Below, piece by piece: positions 58,681 through 64,000 of a stretch of DNA of 64,000 nt. Position numbers and translations under genes: made by a program. The number at the start of each line of letters is the position of its first letter. Position 1 is the first letter of the stretch. Under the pieces are notes generated by a model. That model did not search any database and had not been told where the DNA came from. It saw nothing but the letters and a program-made list of their open reading frames with translations. This DNA is from Gammaproteobacteria bacterium (lineage in GTDB: Bacteria; Pseudomonadota; Gammaproteobacteria; JABABF01). The stretch spans positions 64,001-128,000 of the forward strand of contig OZ250153.1 of assembly GCA_965237805.1 (NCBI GenBank), in the 5' to 3' direction.

Positions 58681-59649
58681 GTGGAATACCCCGAACTGTT
58701 GCGGAGTTTGCGCGACGGTGATCGGCGTGCGCTGGCCAAGGCGATCACCTTGGTCGAAAGCAATCGCACAGCGGATCGGGAGCAGAGCCGTCGCCTGATC
58801 GGCGAGCTGGGCGAAGCTGCTGGGCAGAGCCTGCGCGTGGGTATCAGCGGGCCGCCCGGTGTCGGCAAATCCACTGTCATCGATGCCCTTGGGCAATTGC
58901 TCTTGGCACGTGGACAGCGCGTGGCGGTGTTGGCCGTCGATCCCAGCTCGCCGGTTGGCGGTGGCAGTATTTTGGGGGATAAGACGCGTATGGCCAGCCT
59001 CGCCCGCGATCAGCGGGCATTCATTCGCCCCTCGCCATCCGGCGGCGCACTCGGCGGTGTGGCTTATCGCAGTCGGGAGACATTGCTGTTGTGCGAGGCG
59101 GCGGGCTATGACATCACTTTGATCGAGACGGTCGGCGTCGGCCAGTCAGAGCACGAAGTGGCGCGGATGGTGGATTTCTTTTTGCTGTTATTACAGCCCG
59201 GTGCTGGCGATAGTCTGCAGGGCATCAAGCGTGGGATCGTCGAGTTGGCCGACGGCGTAGCGGTCAACAAATGTGATGGCGAGCAGGCGGCACCGGCGCG
59301 GCGCACGCGCGAAGAATACGCTGGGGCGCTGCGTTTGTTCCACGGCGATGTCGATGAGGCACCAGCAGTGCTGTGTTGCTCTGCCGCCAGCGGGGAGGGT
59401 ATGGCGGAGTTGTGGGAGATGATCAGCGTGCATTGCGAGGCGGCGCGTGCCAGCGGTGTCTTGCAAAGCCGGCGCACGGCGCAGCGTCGCGCTTGGTTCA
59501 GGCAGCTGCTGCAGGAACTGCTGGCGAGCGAGTTGCGCGATGAGCCGGTGGCGGCACAGTTGGAGCGCGAGGTCGCTGCCGGAGAGACGGCACCGGCCGA
59601 AGCCGCCGAGCGTTTTCTGGCGGTGTGGCGGGGTCGCTCTTCGCGCTGA
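58681..59649 (+). CDS. meaB: Methylmalonyl-CoA mutase-associated GTPase
   Basis: 'GPPGVGKS', 'GGSILGDKTRM', 'IETVGVGQSE', 'NKCD'. Confidence 0.94.
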   Translation: MEYPELLRSLRDGDRRALAKAITLVESNRTADREQSRRLIGELGEAAGQSLRVGISGPPGVGKSTVIDALGQLLLARGQRVAVLAVDPSSPVGGGSILGDKTRMASLARDQRAFIRPSPSGGALGGVAYRSRETLLLCEAAGYDITLIETVGVGQSEHEVARMVDFFLLLLQPGAGDSLQGIKRGIVELADGVAVNKCDGEQAAPARRTREEYAGALRLFHGDVDEAPAVLCCSAASGEGMAELWEMISVHCEAARASGVLQSRRTAQRRAWFRQLLQELLASELRDEPVAAQLEREVAAGETAPAEAAERFLAVWRGRSSR

Positions 59650-59652
59650 AAT

Positions 59653-61017
59653 CTAGCGCGGTCGGCGCGACGCTTGCCGCGCCAATTTTGGTGCCAAGCC
59701 GATATAAGTTGCCGGGCTGAGTGCCAGCAAGCGCTGGCGCGCATCCGCTGGCAAATCCAAGCTGCGCACAAACTCGCGCAAGGCCTCGGCGCTGAGTCGA
59801 CGCCCCTGAGAAAAATTGCGCAGGCGCTCGTAGGCGTCCGGCTGCCCAGCCAGCCGGAGCACGCTCTGCACCGCTTCGGTCAACACCTCCCAGTGCTGTT
59901 CCAATTCTTCGCGCATCTGTTGCGGGGCCGCTTCCAAGCGCGCCAAGCCGCGCTGCGTCGAGCGCCAAGCGAGTAGCGAGTGTCCGAGGGCGACTCCGAT
60001 ATTGCGCATCACCGTCGAGTCGCTGAGGTCGCGCTGTAAGCGCGACACCGGCAACTTGTCGGCAAAGTGCCTGAACAGGGCATTGGCCAGTCCGAGATTG
60101 CCCTCGGCATTTTCAAAATCGATGGGATTGAGCTTGTGCGGCATGGTCGACGAGCCGACCTCGTCGGGCGCTGTGCGCAAGCGGAAATAATCGTGCGAGA
60201 TATAACTCCACAGATCGCGGCAACAGTCGAGCAACACGGTGTTGAGACGCGCCGTCGTATCGCAGAATTCGATCAGCTGGTCGTGGTTCTCGATCTGGGT
60301 GCTGTAGGGGTTCCACGCCAGCTGCAGCCGCTCGCTGACGAAGCTGCGCGACACCGCTGGCCAGTCCAGTTCGGGGCAGGCGATCATGTGGGCGTTGTAA
60401 TTGCCAACTGCGCCATTCATCTTGCCAGACAGTGTTTGCTGTTCCAGCTGGCGGCGTTGTCGCTCTAAGCGCACGACAAAGTTGGCCAGTTCCTTGCCCA
60501 TCGTCGTCGGGCTTGCCGCCTGGCCATGGGTGCGCGAGAGCATCGGTAGTGCCGCCGTCTCGCGCGCCAGTGTACGCAAGGCTTCGAGCAGCTCCGCCAG
60601 CGCTGGCAGCAAGACACTGCGCCGTCCCTCGGCCAGCATTAGCATCCACGACAGATTGTTGATGTCTTCCGAGGTGCAGCCAAAATGCACTAGTGGCACC
60701 AGCGGCGCGGCGCCGTTGATGGCCTCCAAGCGGCTGCGCAGAAACAGTTCCACCGCCTTGACATCGTGCTTCACCCGGCGCTCGATCGCTTTGATCTCGT
60801 GCGCCTCCTCGTCACCGAAGCGATCGGTCAGCGCTGTCAGCTGCCCTTGGATCGCCGGGCTCAGGCTGGGGGCGTCAGGCAGCCGGCTCTGCAGATGTAA
60901 CAGCCATTGAATCTCCACATGCACACGCTGGCGCATCAGAGCGGTCTCGTTGAACAGTGCCCGCCAATCGGCCAGCGCGGAGCTGTAGCGACCGTCCAGC
61001 GGTGACAGCGCGTCCAT
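59653..61017 (-). CDS. purB: Adenylosuccinate lyase
   Basis: 'LSPLDGRY', 'HDVKAVE', 'TSEDIN', 'GSSTMPHKLNP'. Confidence 0.96.
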   Translation of the reverse strand: MDALSPLDGRYSSALADWRALFNETALMRQRVHVEIQWLLHLQSRLPDAPSLSPAIQGQLTALTDRFGDEEAHEIKAIERRVKHDVKAVELFLRSRLEAINGAAPLVPLVHFGCTSEDINNLSWMLMLAEGRRSVLLPALAELLEALRTLARETAALPMLSRTHGQAASPTTMGKELANFVVRLERQRRQLEQQTLSGKMNGAVGNYNAHMIACPELDWPAVSRSFVSERLQLAWNPYSTQIENHDQLIEFCDTTARLNTVLLDCCRDLWSYISHDYFRLRTAPDEVGSSTMPHKLNPIDFENAEGNLGLANALFRHFADKLPVSRLQRDLSDSTVMRNIGVALGHSLLAWRSTQRGLARLEAAPQQMREELEQHWEVLTEAVQSVLRLAGQPDAYERLRNFSQGRRLSAEALREFVRSLDLPADARQRLLALSPATYIGLAPKLARQASRRPR

Positions 61018-61022
61018 GGCCT

Positions 61023-61658
61023 TTACTGCACCGTTACTGTCAATTGGCTCAGCCACGAACGCACCTCTCGGTGTAGCCGTCGCTGGAACAGCAGCTGCAC
61101 GAGGTGGCCGTCCAACTGACGCCACAATAGTGCGCTGCGCAGACCGGCCAGCAGGGCGACGCGGATGCGCGCCACCACCGTTGGCTGCGCCAGTTGCTCC
61201 GGATCGCCGCGCAGGCGGATGCGGAAGTCCAGTGTACTGATCGTGCGCTGGTAAATTTGGTCGATGTTGCGACAGCGCTCGGCCACGGCAGCGGTGCCGC
61301 TGTGGTCGCGGCTCGCCTCTTGTTGGAGGCCATACTGCAGCTCGTCAAACAGGGTGCTCTGTTGTGCAAGTCGCTGTTCTAAGAGCATCAGCTGGCGGGC
61401 GTAGCGCAATGGCACGGCGTGCGCGGCCAAGCCTTCGCTGAGCATCTGGTCCATCAGCTGCAGCCCGCAACGCACGCCGGCAACGCCGTTGTAGATCTCT
61501 TCAGTGCGGCGGGGATCGAAGACGAATAGGCTGGCCAGCAGGGCACCGAAGTCGTCGCTGTCGCTGTGTCCGGTGCAGGCCAGCTGGTTGGCCAACAGGG
61601 CGGACTGTAACAGGCCAGCCAGCGCCAGCGTACGATCGCGCCATAAATCACTCATCAT
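61023..61658 (-). CDS. hflD: High frequency lysogenization protein HflD
   Basis: 'TLALAGLLQS', 'IYQRTIS', 'RVALLAGLRSALLWRQ'; between mnmA and purB. Confidence 0.9.
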   Translation of the reverse strand: MMSDLWRDRTLALAGLLQSALLANQLACTGHSDSDDFGALLASLFVFDPRRTEEIYNGVAGVRCGLQLMDQMLSEGLAAHAVPLRYARQLMLLEQRLAQQSTLFDELQYGLQQEASRDHSGTAAVAERCRNIDQIYQRTISTLDFRIRLRGDPEQLAQPTVVARIRVALLAGLRSALLWRQLDGHLVQLLFQRRLHREVRSWLSQLTVTVQ

Positions 61659-62781
61659 TAGATGTCGCTGGAAGCGGGGCGTCGCCCGCCGTCTGTGTCG
61701 TGATCACACCACCACCAAAACATCGCTCCCCCGCATAGAAGACTACCGACTGCCCCGGCGTGACCGCCCGTTGCGCTTGCTCGAAGCGCACCGACAGCGT
61801 GCTGTCGCCACCAGCCAGTGCCAGCTGATGGTTGATTGTACAGGCCTGTGTCGGTTGGCGATGCCGCAGGCGTGCGCGACAGCATACTGGCGGTGTCACC
61901 CCCGGTGTCACCCAATGCAGCTCGGTGGCATGCAACTGCTTGCGGAACAGCGCTCGGTGTTCGCTGCCTTGGACGACGACCAAGTGATTGCGCCGCCGAT
62001 CCTTGTCGGCGACGAACCACGCGCCCTCGCCGCCGCGCACACCGCCGATGCCAAGACCGCGGCGTTGGCCGATGGTGTAGTAGGGTAGCCCGATGTGTTG
62101 CCCGAGCACGGCACCGGACTCGTCGACGATCGCGCCCGGCGTCACGGGCAGATATCGGCGCAGAAAATCTCGGAAGCGGCGCGGACCGATAAAGCAGATG
62201 CCGACGCTGTCGGCCTTGTTGTGAGTGGCGAGCGAGGCTTGGGCGGCGAGCTGACGCACTTCGGACTTGCACAGTTCACCCAGCGGGAACAGGCAACGCG
62301 AGAGCCGGCTAGCGTCGACTGTGTGCAGGAAATAACTCTGGTCTTTATCTTCGTCGATGCCGCAGAGCAGTTGGGTGCCTTCTGCGCTACCGCCCAGGCG
62401 GGCGTAATGACCGGTGGCGATACGCTCGGCACCGAGCTGCTGGGCGTAGTCTAAGAACAGGCCGAATTTGATCGCACGGTTGCACAGAATATCTGGATTC
62501 GGCGTACGAGCGAGGCGAAATTCGGCGAGGCAATGCTGGAAAACCTGCTCCCAGTATTCGGCCGAGAAGCTGGCTTCGTGCAGGTGGATGCCCAATTGTT
62601 GGCACACCCCACGGGCATCGTCCAAGTCGCGCGCGGCAGTACACAGACCACTGTCATCGTCCTCGTCCCAATTTTTCATGAATAGACCCTCGACGGCGTA
62701 GTGCTGCTCGAGTAGCAACAGTGCTGCCACCGAGGAATCGACGCCGCCGGACATGCCGACGATGACTCGCTTCGCGCTCAT
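61648..62781 (-). CDS. mnmA: tRNA 2-thiouridylase
   Basis: 'SGGVDSS', 'MKNWD', 'TPNPDILCN', 'ATGHY', 'KDQSYFL', 'TPGQ'. Confidence 0.96.
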   Translation of the reverse strand: MSAKRVIVGMSGGVDSSVAALLLLEQHYAVEGLFMKNWDEDDDSGLCTAARDLDDARGVCQQLGIHLHEASFSAEYWEQVFQHCLAEFRLARTPNPDILCNRAIKFGLFLDYAQQLGAERIATGHYARLGGSAEGTQLLCGIDEDKDQSYFLHTVDASRLSRCLFPLGELCKSEVRQLAAQASLATHNKADSVGICFIGPRRFRDFLRRYLPVTPGAIVDESGAVLGQHIGLPYYTIGQRRGLGIGGVRGGEGAWFVADKDRRRNHLVVVQGSEHRALFRKQLHATELHWVTPGVTPPVCCRARLRHRQPTQACTINHQLALAGGDSTLSVRFEQAQRAVTPGQSVVFYAGERCFGGGVITTQTAGDAPLPATSNDE

Positions 62782-62937
62782 GGTTGCAGGCGTGAGCCGC
62801 TCGGTAGGCTGTGTCGGGATGGTCTGCTATACTTCCCGCTACGGCTGTAGCGGCACTGAATTCGGCACAGTGGCGGTGGGTCAGCAGGGCGCTGATGGCC
62901 GCTAGCGGGATCGATCACAGGGACGGTTTTTATCATC

Positions 62938-64000
62938 ATGGCTTATCAACACATCGTGATACCGGAGCAGGGCGAGCGTATCGGTGTCGATACGCAACGC
63001 GATTTTCAGCTCATCGTGCCAGAGCGCCCAATTATCCCCTATATTGAAGGCGATGGCATCGGTGCCGATATCACCCCGGCGACGCTCGCCGTGGTGGACA
63101 CCGCTGTGGAGCGAGCCTATGAAGGTCGGCGTCAGCTGGTGTGGATGGAGATCTTCAACGGTGAGAAAGCGGCCAAAATCTATGATGGGAATTCTTTCCC
63201 AGACGAAACGCTGGCGGCCATCCGCGAATTTAAAGTGGCGCTGAAGGGGCCGTTGACGACGCCGGTGGGTGGCGGTTTTCGATCACTTAATGTGGCCTTG
63301 CGTCAAGTGCTCGACCTCTATGTCTGCCAGCGTCCGGTGCGCTGGTTACAGGGTGTGCCCTCGCCAATGAAAGTTCCGGACAATGTGGATATGGTGATCT
63401 TTCGCGAAAACTCCGAAGATATCTACGCTGGCATCGAATGGCAGGCCGATTCTGCTGAGGTGCGCCAGCTCATCCAATTTCTGCAACGGGAGCTGGGTGT
63501 TAAAAAAATCCGCTTTCCAGAACACTGTGGCATCGGCATCAAACCGGTGTCTGAAGCTGGCACCAAGCGTTTGGTGCGCCGCGCCATTCAATATGCTCTG
63601 CGCCACCGCCGCGATTCGGTGACCTTGGTGCACAAAGGCAACATCATGAAATACACCGAGGGTGCATTCCGCGACTGGGGCTATGAGCTGGTGCGCGAGG
63701 AATTTGGCGGCCAAGCGATAGACGGCGGCCCGTGGCAGCGCGTACCACACCCTGAGGGTGGCGAGGATCTGATCGTCAAAGATATGATCGCCGATGCCAT
63801 GCTGCAACAGCTGCTATTGCGCCCTAGCGAATACGATGTCATCGCCACACTGAACCTCAATGGTGACTATCTGTCAGATGCATTGGCTGCGCAGGTTGGC
63901 GGCATCGGCATCGCGCCCGGGGCCAATCTGGGCGATGGCGTCGCGCTGTTTGAGGCCACCCATGGCACGGCTCCAAAATACGCCGGGCAAGATAAAGTCA
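62938..64000 (+). CDS. icd: NADP-dependent isocitrate dehydrogenase (runs off window end; absent from the ORF track)
   Basis: Manual translation: MAYQHIVIP..., 'IEGDGIG', '[11 protein letters not shown]', 'FRENSEDIY', '[11 protein letters not shown]', 'NLNGDY', '[10 protein letters not shown]'. TGc-TATACT at 62828. Confidence 0.95.
   Translation, partial: MAYQHIVIPEQGERIGVDTQRDFQLIVPERPIIPYIEGDGIGADITPATLAVVDTAVERAYEGRRQLVWMEIFNGEKAAKIYDGNSFPDETLAAIREFKVALKGPLTTPVGGGFRSLNVALRQVLDLYVCQRPVRWLQGVPSPMKVPDNVDMVIFRENSEDIYAGIEWQADSAEVRQLIQFLQRELGVKKIRFPEHCGIGIKPVSEAGTKRLVRRAIQYALRHRRDSVTLVHKGNIMKYTEGAFRDWGYELVREEFGGQAIDGGPWQRVPHPEGGEDLIVKDMIADAMLQQLLLRPSEYDVIATLNLNGDYLSDALAAQVGGIGIAPGANLGDGVALFEATHGTAPKYAGQDKV

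Noticed and set aside
1-64000. CRISPR arrays, IS elements, prophage or defence systems
   Set aside because: No regularly spaced repeats, transposase, integrase or phage structural genes recognised; hflD is a core host gene.

Overview
GC-rich gammaproteobacterial chromosome segment. Gene order resembles a condensed Pseudomonadales/Cellvibrionales core, and it is very densely coded with many start/stop overlaps. Housekeeping content: acpP-fabF-mltG-tmk-holB, topA, mfd, gap, nqrA-F/apbE/nqrM, lolCDE, comEC, msbA-lpxK-kdsB-murB, alkB-uvrC-pgsA, xth, yajC, alr, cysH/thrH, purB-hflD-mnmA and a partial icd. Accessory or catabolic content: a GH84-like hydrolase, a Rieske dioxygenase alpha/beta pair, ExeA/ExeB, a cytochrome P450 and a biotin carboxylase-epimerase-B12 mutase-MeaB operon. 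There are three tRNA genes. The standout feature is not in the ORF track: the tRNA-Leu(UAA) gene (42927-43260, minus strand) is split in its anticodon by a 245-nt group I intron whose core closely resembles the Azoarcus-type IC3 ribozyme. Also notable are short, sharply AT-rich, rare-codon patches inside otherwise GC-rich conserved genes. I saw no integrase, transposase, CRISPR array or rRNA. All calls come from manual motif recognition; no database searches were run.
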